Positions 52,075 to 64,000 of a stretch of DNA of 64,000 nucleotides are shown piece after piece (positions within the stretch are counted from its first letter, which is position 1; each line of letters starts with the position of its first letter). The stretch is taken from contig NW_005434585.1 in assembly GCF_000315625.1 (NCBI RefSeq), forward strand, positions 202,335 to 266,334. The letters are read 5' to 3'. The DNA comes from Guillardia theta CCMP2712. Lineage: Eukaryota > Protista > Cryptophyta. The position numbers and the translations under genes were made by a program. The notes beneath the pieces are model-generated. The model was given only the letters and a program-made list of their open reading frames with translations, did no database searches and had not been told where the DNA came from.

Positions 52075-53197
52075 CGAGCATGATGGGAAAACCTCACTGA
52101 AGACTGCTCAGTGAAGTAGCCTCAGGGATAGTACTGAATCATTGAATCCCGTCACCGGTCCGAGGAACCTGTCAGTCATACAGTAGTACTACCGCAGAGA
52201 CTCGGAGCAGGGAACAGGCAGTAGCGGCCTGCCTTCGGAGTCCGCCGGGGTGAGTCCACCCGGAGTCAGTGTGGATCATACTATGACATGTGACGGCGGG
52301 CCCGGCCCGGCCGGGGCCGGTGCGATGCGGACAAACGAGTCTGCCTCAGGATGAGCCTGAGGATCTGTTTTAGTTAACTCGGCCTCCGATCCAGTACCAC
52401 CCTCCCAGAGGGGTAAAAGAATCGAGTTAGTACCGGTACATCAAATATTTTGGGCTGATATACCCCCACAAACTTCAATATCACCCCTCTTTTTCATTAT
52501 TTTTGTTCTTGTCCGTACCCGGTTCAATTACCACCTCTACCCAACAGATTGCTTGTGTGTATCATTCACCCCTAGTACAAGTACCCCTACCCCCTAGGAC
52601 CGCGTCGCCCTCCCCTTCCCCCCCCTTTCCCTCCCTGTGTATCTGTCCTCGTGTTGCATCTCCTACAACCTCTCCGCCGCTCTCCCCCCTCCCGCCTCGC
52701 CCCTCCCGTCTCTCTCTTCCCCCTTCTCTCTGACTCCTCCTCCCTCAGTCCTCCGCCTCCTCTCCCTCGTCCTTTCTTGTTCCGTGTCTTTGTCCTCTTG
52801 TGAAAGTGTAGGTTGTCCCCTCCAGTCCCGCAAGACTTTGTCGAATCTTGAATCTCAACCCTCGTTCACTTGCTCCTCTTCCATCCTGTCCCATCTTATT
52901 TCCTACACATCACTATCTGCTCCTCATTGTTGTTTCTAATCACACCATCCCAGTCTTTGCACCGAATCCTTCCCTTGACCCACTTCATGGCTGATCCTCC
53001 TATCTACTGTCAAATGGCTGATCCTAATATCTACTGTCAATCTTCTGATCTTCTTCTTCAGAATTTCCTGTTCTCTTGAGTTTTCTCCGACTCGCATCCT
53101 GAAGTCAACAAGAGGAGACGATGCAGGCATTGTCGCTGATCGGTCGCAATGCACGGAGTGTCATGGCACTGCGATCGAGGAGGATAGCAGCAGCTAG

Positions 53198-54687
53198 ATG
53201 GTTTCTGCTGCGAATCACGACGGTAGCAGCGGTGCTGCAGCAGGTGGAGGGTCTGACATGCTGTGACAGGTCAGAACAAGCAGATCGAGGATGCGATGAG
53301 AACGATTCTGAGTGAGTTGGGAGAGGACCCGTCGAGAGAGGGTCTTCTTAAAACTCCGAGCAGGTCGTTACCTATCTCTGCTGTCCGCGTCTCATTCCCC
53401 TTCATCCTCTTCTCCTCCCTCCTCCCTCCTCCCTCCTCCCTCCTCACTCCTCACTCCTCACTCCTCACTCCTCACTCCTTTACTCCTCCTCCTCCTCCTC
53501 CTCCTCCTCTGCCTCCTCCTCCCCCCTCCTGCCTCCTCCTCACCGTCCAACTGTTGCTCGCCCTGACACCTGCCCATCAGATACGCGAAGGCGATGCGTT
53601 TCTTCACTCAGGGGTACCAACAGGACCTCGACACGGTGCTGAACAAGGCAATCTTCACGGAAGACTCCGATGAGATGGTCATGCTGAGGAATATAGAGCT
53701 CTTCAGCATGTGCGAGCACCATCTCGTTCCCTTCCATGGCCGCGCGCATATCGCCTACCTCCCTCGAGGAAAAGTCGTCGGGCTGTCGAAGCTCGTCAGG
53801 GTGACTGAGTTGTACAGTCGAAGATTGCAGGTCGGCAACGCTGATGAGGAAGATGATGATGATGATGATGATGATGATGATAAGATGATGATGAAGAGGA
53901 GGAGGAGAGGAGGAGAGGAGGAGGAGGAGGAGAGGTGATGTTGGTGGAAGAGGGGCTGGTGGTGATGATGCGTTGGAGAAGCTGCAAATTAAAGAAGCTG
54001 TATTGCACTTCAAGAAAATGATTTTTCGTGCAGGTCCAAGAGAGGTTAACAAAGCAGATTGCCACAGCATTGCAAGAAAAGTTGGAGGTAACAATCAAAC
54101 GATGAGATGATGATGATGATGAAAAGAAACGATGATGAAGATGAGATAGAGTACGTAGGATGGGAGATGGAGTGTTTGATTTTCATTGTTTTAGCCTCAT
54201 GGTGTTGGAGTTGTCATCGAATGCGTTCACCTCTGTATGGCTATGAGAGGTGTTCAGAAACCTCACAGGTAAAAGTTCTTCTCTTCTCCTCTTGCTCCTC
54301 GTCCTCTTTATCATCCTCTTGTTCCTTGTCATCCTTCCCCTACTCACTAGTATCCTCCTGCTCTTTCTCCTTCGTTTTCCTCTCCCTCCCTCTCGACTCT
54401 GCTGCTACCCCTGCTCCTGGCATCTCCTTGTCCCTGCTCCGTCCTCCTCATCCTAGTCCCCCTCCACCAACACCCCAACCTCCCCCTCCTCTCCTCCTCC
54501 TCCCTCGATACCTCTTGCTCGTCATCGCACCCCCGAGTCCTACCTCTCTCTGTCTTCGACCTGGTGACAAGAAACTTTCCCAGCACGACCGTTACTTCGT
54601 GCATGCTGGGAGACTTTAGGACGGACGCGCGAACTCGCAACGAATTCCTCCACCTCGTCCGGTCGGCCCCGTTCACGCACATGACAG
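53198..54687 (+). CDS. GCH1: GTP cyclohydrolase I domain (N-terminal part of probable GCH1-PTPS fusion; start tentative)
   Basis: [16 protein letters not shown]|[29 protein letters not shown]|[42 protein letters not shown]; Zn ligands (Cys/His/Cys) intact. Confidence 0.95.
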
Positions 54688-54722
54688 GTAAGAGGAAGGG
54701 GGGAGAGAAAGCCGTCCTGTTG

Positions 54723-54806
54723 TGTTGAAATCTTCCACCTTGGTGTTGAAATCTTCCACCTTGATGTTGAAATCTTCCAGCTCGATGTTGAAATCTTCCA
54801 CCTTGA
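54723..54806. repeat. 21-bp tandem repeat x4 (TGTTGAAATCTTCCACCTTGA) in putative intron
   Basis: Four near-identical units visible. Confidence 0.9.
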
Positions 54807-54946
54807 TGCTGTTTTCATACCTTGATTCATTATTCTCTCCAATTTTCCTTCACGTTTCAACTTTCGATTTCATTTCTCTCAAATCTCATCTATTTCTCAT
54901 GTTGATTCTTGATTTATTTTCTTGATTCATTTCTTTGTTTTCAAAG

Positions 54947-55819
54947 GGATGGGAGTCTCAGAACAAATCTCTCAAACACAATCAGCGTAAGGACACAGCT
55001 ACTGTCGTTGATCGATGACATGCCGAGTAGGAGGATCTTTGAATCTGACGGAGTTCACGTGGAGAGAACACAAAAGGTTGAGGAGGAGGAGGAGGAGGAG
55101 GAGGAGGAGAAGTCGTGGTGGAGAAAGGAGATAAGCTGATGTTGTTGTGGTAGGCGACGGAATTCTATGACACGCTGCTCGGAGGGCACTCGCCAAATAG
55201 TCTGAGTGAGTGAACGATGTCGACTACGATGAAGATGTTGTTGTGTGAAGATTTGTGGTTGATGTCGTTGTTTGAGGACGAGGTTGAAGAGGAGCAAAGG
55301 GAGAGGCAGGCGTTCTAGAGCAAGCGAGGGTGATAAATGAGGAAGCAGGAGAAGAAGGACGAGAAGGACGAGAAGGACGAGAAGGACGAGGAGGACCAGA
55401 ATGGAAATTTGCAGATATGTCGTGCTTATAACGACTGTGATTGAGTTGATGAAGATTATAGAGAACCAGCGATCAATGTTGTTGTTAGCCATGATAGATC
55501 GACCGATAGATGTTGTGAGTAGCGGCGGCAAGTGAAAGGTAGAGGATGAAATGGGATAACTTTCGTTTCCTTCAGGGCCAGCCTCTGGCAACCACAGGTA
55601 ACCAACCCCAATATGAAATCACTTTCATTCAGCTCCCTCCGTTCTCTCTGTCCTGCCCCCTTTTTCTCGTTCACACTCGCTGAGCATGTCAAAGTTCTCA
55701 ACATGTCAGAGTTCGTCATCTTGCCCTCAGGTCCATGGGAAACGCTTTGATAATGGGAGCAGGAGATTATGAGAAAGACAAGTGCGTTCTCATACCCCAC
55801 TCCAACTCCTCCTTCTCCA

Positions 55820-55899
<80 letters not shown>

Positions 55900-58190
55900 C
55901 CACTCCTCTCACTCCTCTCCTGCTTTCCCTTCTCCTCCTCCTTTCTACGTCCAGATCGTATTTGTGCCATCCCAAAACTGAAATTTGAGTACAAGCAGCG
56001 AAAGCACAAGCAGCAGCAGCGGGGAGGACTCGGGCTCAGCATCGACTGCAAAAGGAAGGTCAGAGATGATGTTGTGGGAACGATGAGGAGAGGATAGGGG
56101 AATAGCTTCGATGCTCCAAGATTTCCCCTCGATCTGATCTTTGAGTCCTTGCTTTTCATTGTTCACTTTCCTTCTAACCCTGTCTCCCCTCCTTTCTTTA
56201 TCCTTGTCCTCCTCTCACTTCCTTCCTCCTTCATTCCTCGTTATCAATTTCATTGACTTCCTATCTTTCAGTCCGCAGCGATCTCAACATTTCAGCACCA
56301 TTGAGATTGGGAAGGATGATATGATGTTCAACGCCGCGCACTTCACGTGATGAAGAACATCATGAAGAAAACGACTTACAAGTTGTCAAGGGTGTTTTCC
56401 GCTCAAGAGCGTGAAAGTCTTCATGGACATACACATGTAAGTAATGATGCAAAAGATGATGTAATTAGTGGAGGATCCTGAGGAGTGATGATGACGATGA
56501 GAATGATGATGTTGGTGAGTAGTAGAAAGATGATGTTGAAGAGAAGAAGAAAGAAGTTGTTGATGAGGAAAGGAGGGTGAAGAGATGTCAGTGATGATGT
56601 AGAACGAGTTGATGATGAAGACAATGACAAGCTTTCAATCTCACTCACATGTCAGGCGGTGAGAGTTGCTTTCACTGGACCTGTCGGAGAAGATGGGATG
56701 GTTGAGAACTATCAAGGTAAACGCATCGGCCCCAAAAACTGTGAACCTATCTCCTCCTCTCCTTTGACCTCAACGTCTCCTTCTTCATCTCCTCTCCCCT
56801 CCTTTTCCCTCCTCTCGTCTGCTGTCGTCTCCTGTCCACTCCCCTCCTGTCCGCTCCCCTCCCCTCCCCTCCCCTCCCCTCCTCTCCTCTCCTCTCCTCT
56901 CCTCTCCTCTCCTCTCCTCTCCTCTCCTCTCCTTTTCTCTCCTCTACTCTTCTAACTTTCTCTGCTGCAGTCTTCAAGAAGCGTGTCCGCGAGCTCTGCG
57001 ACAAGTGGGATGAGACTTATCTCGTCCCCGGGCACTGTCGACATGTATTCTCAAACATGACGTTCGCGCATGACTGACTTGCTTCCTTGCAGCTGAACAT
57101 CAGGGAAGAGGGCGAACGAGTTGTCATCGAGCACAATGGCGTCGCACAGGCAAGACAGTCGACATGCCCTGCTGCTGCTCACTTGCTACACAGGACCTTC
57201 CCAAGAATGATTGCAGAATAATCCCGGTCTAATTCCCTTGTCACTGCATCGCTCGTTCACCATAGTCGTTGTCTTTACCCATTCCTTCCCTCTTCCCATT
57301 CTTCTCTTCTTGTCATTACTCGTCTTTTTCATCATTTGATCTATTCTTCTTCTCTCCTTCATCTCTCCTTCACCTCGTTATCTCTTCTTGTTCCCTTCAT
57401 CTTCATAACTTGCTGTTCAGGTTCGCAACGTCACCTTGGAAGAACTGTCAATGCTCTTCCTCCGCCTTGTAGTGGTATCTCTCCGTCCTTCCTCCTCGCT
57501 TCCTTTCCCCTCCTCGTCCTCCATTCCCCTCCTCCTCCCTTTTCCATCCTCTCTCCCACCTTCCTGGCTCTTCTTCCTATCCCACTCATCCCTCCTCCTT
57601 CCCTCTTCCCTCCTTTCTCCCTCCCCATCCTCCTCCTCTTCCTCTACCGCCCTGCCCTCCATCAATCCTGACTTTACGAGCAGGGAGAGTCTGAAGTCAG
57701 CAAGAGCAGCTGGGCGGACGAGAAGAACGTAAGGAGCTGATTGAGTTACTTTCGTCTACTTAATTTCCCTCTCCAGATCGTTGCAGTCTCCGTCAAGATC
57801 TCTTCTGACGGCGGGAGGTAACACCATCCTTTTCATTCCCCTCCTCCATCGTCACTGCCTTGCTGCTCGCTTCCTCCCACACCACCACCACCACCACCAC
57901 CACCACCACCTCCTCCTCCTCCTCCTCCTCCTCCTCGTCATCATCATCATCATCGTAGTCATCATCATCGTAACCGTCATCATCATCCGCTGCTGCTTCT
58001 GCCTTCCTTCTGCTGCTGCTCTAGCTGCTCTAGCTCCAGCTCTCCTTCACAGCTCTCCTTCATGCTCCTTCCTCCTCCTCCTCCTCCTCATCTCCCCAAC
58101 TGGTTAACTCACATCCTGCTCAGAGGTCAGTGGGCGACAACCTCTTGGAGCAAGCAGCAAGGCTTCGGCGTCCCCTTGTCACTATTCTAA
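54947..58190 (+). CDS. Linker plus 6-pyruvoyltetrahydropterin synthase-family domain, PTPS-III type
   Basis: Spliced in frame: IGKDDMMFNAAHF|TVFSAQERESLHGHTH|AVRVAFTGPVGEDGMVENYQ|VFKKRVRELCDKWDETYLVP..|VRNVTLEEL..|IVAVSVKISSDGG|RGQWATTSW..F*; three metal-binding His present; stop at 58190. Confidence 0.85.
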
Positions 58191-58475
58191 GTTGAAAGGA
58201 ATCAAGAAGAAACAACAACAGACAGATATCCACTGATCGAGGAGGAGCCGGGGAGAAGCGAGGAAGGAATTGGAGGTAGAGAGAAAAGGAGAGGAGGACG
58301 GAGGGAGGACAGTAGACAGGAGGAGGTGGTGGTGGTAGAATTGAGGGAAAGGGCGGGAGAGGGAGGGAAGGAGGGGAAGAGAGACAGGAGATGGTGGTAG
58401 GAGGAGGGGGAGGAGGGGAAGGAGGGGGAACACTTGGAGGAGATGGCGGTGATAAAAGGGAGGGAAAGAGGGGAA

Positions 58476-58575
58476 NNNNNNNNNNNNNNNNNNNNNNNNN
58501 NNNNNNNNNNNNNNNNNNNNNNNNNNNNNNNNNNNNNNNNNNNNNNNNNNNNNNNNNNNNNNNNNNNNNNNNNNN
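58476..58575. other. Assembly gap (100 N)
   Basis: Run of N. Confidence 1.
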
Positions 58576-58729
58576 CATACTCGTCGTACTCCTTTACTCT
58601 CTTTCTCTTTTCTTCACCTCCCTCCCCTCCCTCCCACCTTCCCTCCCCTCCCTCCCTTACCCTCCCTCCCCCTCCCTTACCCTCCCTCCCTCCTCTCCCT
58701 CCCCTCCCTCCCTCCTGATTCCTGCTTGC

Positions 58730-59281
58730 CTTTCATCAGTTCTCCGGCCCAGTTGTCTGCCTCCAAAGACTTCTTGGCTAGCTTCCTGACCTGTGCGCGA
58801 TGAGATCCTCCTCCTCCTCTGCCGCATCACTCCCACTCACTTCGAGTCTTGCAGCATATTCAGGACACTGACAAGCCTTTCTCTTCATCCATTCTTGCGC
58901 TTCAGGCGTTATCGGAGCGCCGATTTCATGTTGTCGGATGCTACGAACAAGTCATCATGCACGATCATCGCTGATACGCGTGTGTACAGCTTCTCGAAGG
59001 TTCGTTTCTCTCTCTTGTCTTGCTCGATCTTTCTTATCCTTGACAGCCCTTGAGCATCGAGGGCGCACATACGTACCTCACCTCATCTCCTCGTTCTTCT
59101 TCTTGTGGTAGAAACCTGGCTCGTACTTGAAGACACTCTCAGCCTCGTTGTCCTCGTCAACCGTGTCGTCAAACCTGCGAACAGCAAGCGCTCCTCCTCC
59201 CTCCTCCTCCTCCTCCTCCTCCTCTCTCCTCCTCTCTCCTCTCCTCGCTCCCTCGCTCCCGTCCCCTCCGCTTGCCATCAT
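58730..59281 (-). CDS. Hypothetical charged protein, 3' end probably lost toward the gap
   Basis: Exons FDDTVDEDNEAESVFKYEPGFYHKKKNEEMR|AVKDKKDRADKREKR..APITPEAQEWMKRK..VRKLAKKSLEADNWAGELMK. Confidence 0.45.
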
Positions 59282-59552
59282 GCCTCGCAGCAGGGTTTGC
59301 AGGTTTACCCTCATCCCCCAACAACTTGGCAGCAATGCGGCAGCTCAGCCTGAGCCGGGCTGGCGCCGGGCCGGGCACCTGCCGGGCACTCCCAGGGGCA
59401 CTCCGGGGCCGGGCAGCTGGCGGCCGGGCAGCTGGCCGGGTCTGCCCCAGCTGCTGCACTGCCGCACGCGATCACTACCATCCGCGGCTCGATGTGAAGC
59501 AATTCATTCAAGGCTGCTCAATAGACTCGAGACAGAATTACTACTACGGTGG

Positions 59553-60809
59553 CTACATCGGTGAGGTGAGAGCAGCAACACACATCATGATCAACGTCAC
59601 AGCTGAAAGAGCCTGAGCCCCGCCGCGGCCAACACCAGCCGCCCCACTCGAAAGTGTGTTGGAGCCCCCAGAGGCTTTCGGGGTTGAGGTTGGAGGAGCT
59701 GGAGCCCCAGACTGCTGTCCGTTGTTGCCGCCGCCAGGTTGCGGATCAGTAGGAGCCCCGACGACCCATCGAGGGTAAGCAGTGTTTCCAGACCTCCTGG
59801 TACCGGGACCACCAGACCCGTAGAAAGCAACTTGATTGGCCGTCTGAAAGTAAGCGGAAGGAAAGATGATGTCGAAGTATGCCGATGCTTTGTCTCCGGG
59901 GACAGGGTTCACTCTTAGCTGTACGGTGCCGGTGGAGTAGTTGGCCAAGGAGACGGTGGTTCCAGCAATGGTCATGGTCGCGGAGTTGAAGGCCTTGTTC
60001 AGTTGCAGAGAAATCAGCTTGCCGCCAAGAGTGAAGGTGATGTCGTTGACCTCGACGTTGTGCATGCCAGTGAGATTCTTGGACTGAGAGTTGAACGTCA
60101 TGCCTGCTGCTGTCTGATCGCTGTCCACAACAGTGACCTTGTACCTCACAAGGAGGTGCTTGGCGTCAGGATCCGACATGTAGTTGCTGCCCATGGTCCC
60201 TCCGTAGGTCATGAACGCGATGTCTCCCGATGAGAAAGAGACGTCGTCTCCCGAGCACTGCTTGTTGGACGTCGTCGTGATGCACATGTCGACTTTGAGC
60301 TTCGTGCTGTGATCTGCGGGTATGTCAGTGACGGAGTTGAAGCTGAGGGGGATGGTCTTGGTGTTGATCGTCCCTGAGGTCATGATCGCGTTCATCGTGC
60401 CGATGTAGCCTGCGCTCGTTACGTCGTTGCCAACCAGCGCTCCGGCCATCATGTAAGCGTACGTCGATGACCCCACTGCCTCACTCGCTGACCATTGGAG
60501 AAAGCCATTGTTGATGTTGGGAAGGCCTGTTATCTGGATGAGATTGTTGCTGTCTGTGCTGTAGGTGTTGAGGTCGTAGATCCATCCCAGCGTCATCGGC
60601 GTCAGGGTGACATAGGCCGAGGGGCCGGGGCTTGCAGCAGTGCATGGGCCGTAGGCGGCGGTAGAACAGGCCGCTTCCTGGGAGCTGCAGCCCAGGATGA
60701 CTCCAGCGCAGATGTTCTGACCCTCAGCCTTGACGAAGGTGAAGGGAGAGGAGCAGTGGGATGAGGGGAGGGAGCAGAGAAGGAGGGCGAGAAGAGCTGC
60801 AGTGTGCAT
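59553..60809 (-). CDS. Secreted, probably GPI-anchored surface protein of unknown function (intronless, 418 aa)
   Basis: Signal peptide MHTAALLALLLCSLPSSHC; Cys-containing beta-rich body; P/G/S/T linker, then small-residue omega region and hydrophobic C-terminal tail. Confidence 0.8.
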   Translation of the reverse strand: MHTAALLALLLCSLPSSHCSSPFTFVKAEGQNICAGVILGCSSQEAACSTAAYGPCTAASPGPSAYVTLTPMTLGWIYDLNTYSTDSNNLIQITGLPNINNGFLQWSASEAVGSSTYAYMMAGALVGNDVTSAGYIGTMNAIMTSGTINTKTIPLSFNSVTDIPADHSTKLKVDMCITTTSNKQCSGDDVSFSSGDIAFMTYGGTMGSNYMSDPDAKHLLVRYKVTVVDSDQTAAGMTFNSQSKNLTGMHNVEVNDITFTLGGKLISLQLNKAFNSATMTIAGTTVSLANYSTGTVQLRVNPVPGDKASAYFDIIFPSAYFQTANQVAFYGSGGPGTRRSGNTAYPRWVVGAPTDPQPGGGNNGQQSGAPAPPTSTPKASGGSNTLSSGAAGVGRGGAQALSAVTLIMMCVAALTSPM

Positions 60810-61199
60810 GACGATCCCTCTCTTTCAAAGCAGCTGCAGGGGGGATGGAGGGGTCCGGAAGTTAATTAATATTCCGACGGGGCAGCGGTTATTCATGTAA
60901 CTGTCCCTCGTACAGTCCGTGCCAGTGAAATACAGGCTGACAAGGGCTCATGGGCGGGAACGGGGAGCGAAGGGGGGTGGTATTTCAAAACTTGAGTTTT
61001 AAATTTAGAGAACGTCAAGTAAAAAGTGACGGTCCTTTTTTACTTTTTTCGGATCGGATTTGAAAAACAAAGCACTACTACTGTGTTTAAATTTGAGTAA
61101 AGGCTTGAACTGTCGGCGGCAGGCTACTGTCTGTACGTTTACCGTTGAAAACGGTTGTAGTGAAATTTAACGAACTGTCGGTGAAATTTGTACCGTCCA

Positions 61200-62160
61200 G
61201 CGATCGGACACGGTAGCGTACCGGACACACCTAGTTGCGTCTACTAAGTTCCTTCTTTCCGTCCTCTCCGAGCCGAGCGGCCCAGATCGTTGCAGTCCGA
61301 TTCCGTCAAGTTCTTTTCTGACGGCAGGAGACACCATCCTTCTCCGACTCCTGATTCCCCTCCTCTCTCTTCCGATTTCACTGCCCGGCCCGGCCTTGCT
61401 ACCGTTGCCGCTGCCTCCCCCGGGCCGTGGGAAAGTTCCGGGACACCCGGAGGGCCACCTCCTCGGAGGCTCCTCCTCTCTCCTCCGGAGGCTTCTCCTG
61501 CTCTTCTCGCTCCAGGCTCCGAGTGACTCCCGTACCCAGGCTCCGCCGCTGCGGCCCGGAACGCCGGGCCAGCCGCCAGTGCGCCGGGCTGGCCCGGCGC
61601 ACCCGGCGGCGTCAGCTGCCGGGGCACCGTCTGCGCACCGCCGCGCACTGCGGCACTGCCGCAGGTCAGGGGCCGGGCAGCCTGGCATCATTGGGGCTCA
61701 CCGCTCAGTCTGAGTCCGAGGCTCGACCGTACGGCGCGGCGGGGCCGGCTTGATCGGGCCCGGCGGTACTAGTCGGACACTCGCCGTGACCGTCTCGCGG
61801 CCGGCGCCGCCCGCCGGGCCACCGGCGGCTCGGCCGGGCTAGCCTGACTACCGTACCGTACTTCTGGCCGAGAGCCTGATTTAAGTTCAACTTTTACTAT
61901 TATTACGATCCGCCGGACTCGTGACTCAGCATGGCCGCGACTGCCGCACCGGTGCCTGAGCCTCCGGCTGCCGCAGTGCCAGCCCGGCTGCGGCCACGCT
62001 GGGTGGAGAGAGTGAGATCAGTCAGGGAACTTGACCTACCAAGTTCGGCCGGGCCCGGAACCGTCTCCGCCCGCCCGTCGTCGGCTCGGATCGGGCCGCT
62101 CGGCCCGCCGGGCCCGGGCCGACGGCCGCCGCCGGGGCCGGGGCCCGGACTGAACATGCA
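61200..62160. repeat. GC-rich CCGG/GGCC/CCCGGG-dense intergenic block (similar blocks at ~1600-1900, 4540-4640, 22480-22900, 24900-25190, 29240-29700, 52140-52390, 59330-59470)
   Basis: Dense short palindromes (CCGGGCCCGG, GGCCCGGGGCCCGGGG, ACTGAGT/ACTCAG) that are rare in neighbouring exons. Confidence 0.6.
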
Positions 62161-64000
62161 AACTACACTACCCCTACCCCATGCTTTCCTCAACCCTACC
62201 CTACCCACTCCACCTAGTCTTCATTTTCTGGGGCGGACTTGATCCAAAGGACCCTGACGAAAGTGACGTGACGCAAAAAATGGCTGGAGGGCAGGTAGCG
62301 CCATGGCGCAACATCCGCTGTCATCCTCTGCTCCCTGCTCCCTGCTCCCTGCTCCCTGCTCCCAGCTCCCTGCACTCCCTGCTCCGTGCTCCGTGCTCCC
62401 TGCACTCCGTTCTTTGTCCTCCATTATCCGTTCTCCCTCTGTCCTTCCTTGTAGCCATGTCCCCGTGCCTTTGCAAAGCTTCTTTCATTCTCCGACCTTC
62501 CCTCGTTCCACTTGTTCCAACCCCCCTGACCAGCCCTCCTGCCGGATGCCAGCCTTCCCTTCCCTTCGCTTCGCTTCTCCTCCCTCCTTTCTTCCGTCTC
62601 TTACCCTCCTATCCTTTGCCGCCTTGCGTCTCTTCAGTCTATCCTTTGCCACCCCAACTCCCTTTCCTCTCCTCACTTTATCACGGAGCTTCTCTCTCAC
62701 GCTCTGTCATTGTTTCAACTCAACCATGATGTGATTGTGATCGCCGTGTTCAGCTGCCGTCATGATTGGATGCATGTCGTCGACGCGATTGTTTGCACGG
62801 GACCGCAGGTGATCCTCAATAAGGTCGACCCGCCATGGCGGAGAGACATGGATGGCGGTTGCAAGCTCCGTAAGCAGGACAGAGGCACAGTGGTAGGTGC
62901 GATGGGGTTGTGTTTGCTGTGATATATCCCAGGGCATCGATGCTGCCCTCCAAGAGAACGAAACGAGCTCCAAAACCTCGAGGAGCATCTACCCGACCTT
63001 TGTTGATCGCCTTCCTGGTCTGATCGACTGGTTGTCTCCTCCCTCCATGACCTCTTGCAAAGATCTTCTGTGCCATCGTCGTCGTCGTCGTCCAGAAACG
63101 TGCGCGGCTGGTCGGCATGAGACAGCGGACGAGGAGGATAAGGATTCTGAAGTCGACCCTTGACGGTGATGCAGCAGTCTGCAAGCTCCAGTCCTTTCTC
63201 CTCTTGCCGCATAACCTGCTGCTTGCCGAGCAGACCCTGGGCTGGACATCCTGCCGAACCTCAAGTCTTCTCAAGGGACAAACCAGGTATGAGAGTTCTT
63301 GGTGGTTGCTCCTGGGTGTGAGATTTCTGTCCTTCGTCCCTGCCTGTTCGAAACCTTCACGAAATGTTTAGAGCCTTCATGTTGAAAAGTTGTTTTGTAT
63401 TCGTGTCCCTGCTCACGAGCTGCTCAACAGTCCTCATCCTTCAGCTCTAGAGTCTCCGCCGCAACCCCCCCCCACCATCTTGACAGCACGGGATACCTCC
63501 CTTCCTTGGAGTTCGTGAACTTGAACGAGGTAGCGACTCCGCATCGTTCCTCTGCTCCCTGACTCCTCCACTCCAAGACGACGATCGCCAGGGCCGGGGA
63601 CCCCCTTGCTCTTGACTTCAAGGTCTGACTGCGCTGACGAGCCTCCTTGCTGAGTTGCTGTTGTAGCTGAACGGCATCGGGCCGACGGCAATCAGCAAGT
63701 GGAAATTCTTGTCGATCATGCTGATAGTGAATGGTACATGTGCTGCTGGGAAAGAGGAGATGTTCACCCTTTGCTTTCAGGTTCGGATTTGTTCTGGTAC
63801 TCCACTATCCCGAAGCAGGTCGCGGTTGGTTATACGGGTGAGATGTGAACACGTGGTGGTGTGGAATGTGATGATGATGGAGACGATGATGATGATGAAG
63901 ATGATGAAGATGATGATGATGATGATGGAGATGATGATGATGATGGAGATGATGATGATGATGATGATGATGATGGTTGTGGTGGTAGGTGGTAGGTGGT

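Noticed and set aside
52987-53040. 27-bp tandem duplication with two ATGs as the GCH1 start
   Set aside because: Could not be joined in frame to GCH1 convincingly; probably 5' UTR or intron.
62280-64000. Gene at the right edge
   Set aside because: Open segments on both strands but no consistent splice model or domain; the terminal GAT/GGT tract is a microsatellite, not a telomere.

Overview
Intron-rich eukaryotic nuclear DNA. Short (~45-55 nt) GT-AG/GC-AG introns, microsatellite-filled larger introns, a bipartite plastid-type presequence and an LRR surface protein suggest a cryptophyte alga such as Guillardia theta (inference from sequence style only). There are two 100-N gaps. Recognisable genes: an ATRX/ARIP4-like SNF2 ATPase, two GT25-like glycosyltransferases, an ABHD10-like alpha/beta hydrolase, an FKBP PPIase, histone H4 with a 3' stem-loop, a ~14 kb BLTP2/KIAA0100/SABRE gene, an LRR-TM protein, a GPI-anchored protein and several hypotheticals. 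The two most striking loci are (1) an FG-repeat + RRM-like + HEPN (RxxxxH) + Ser/Thr kinase + EF-hand + PH protein, a possible RNase L/Ire1-like defence effector, and (2) GTP cyclohydrolase I apparently spliced in frame to a PTPS-III-type pterin synthase. All gene models were spliced by eye, and many ORF-track ORFs are artefacts of stop-free triplet repeats.
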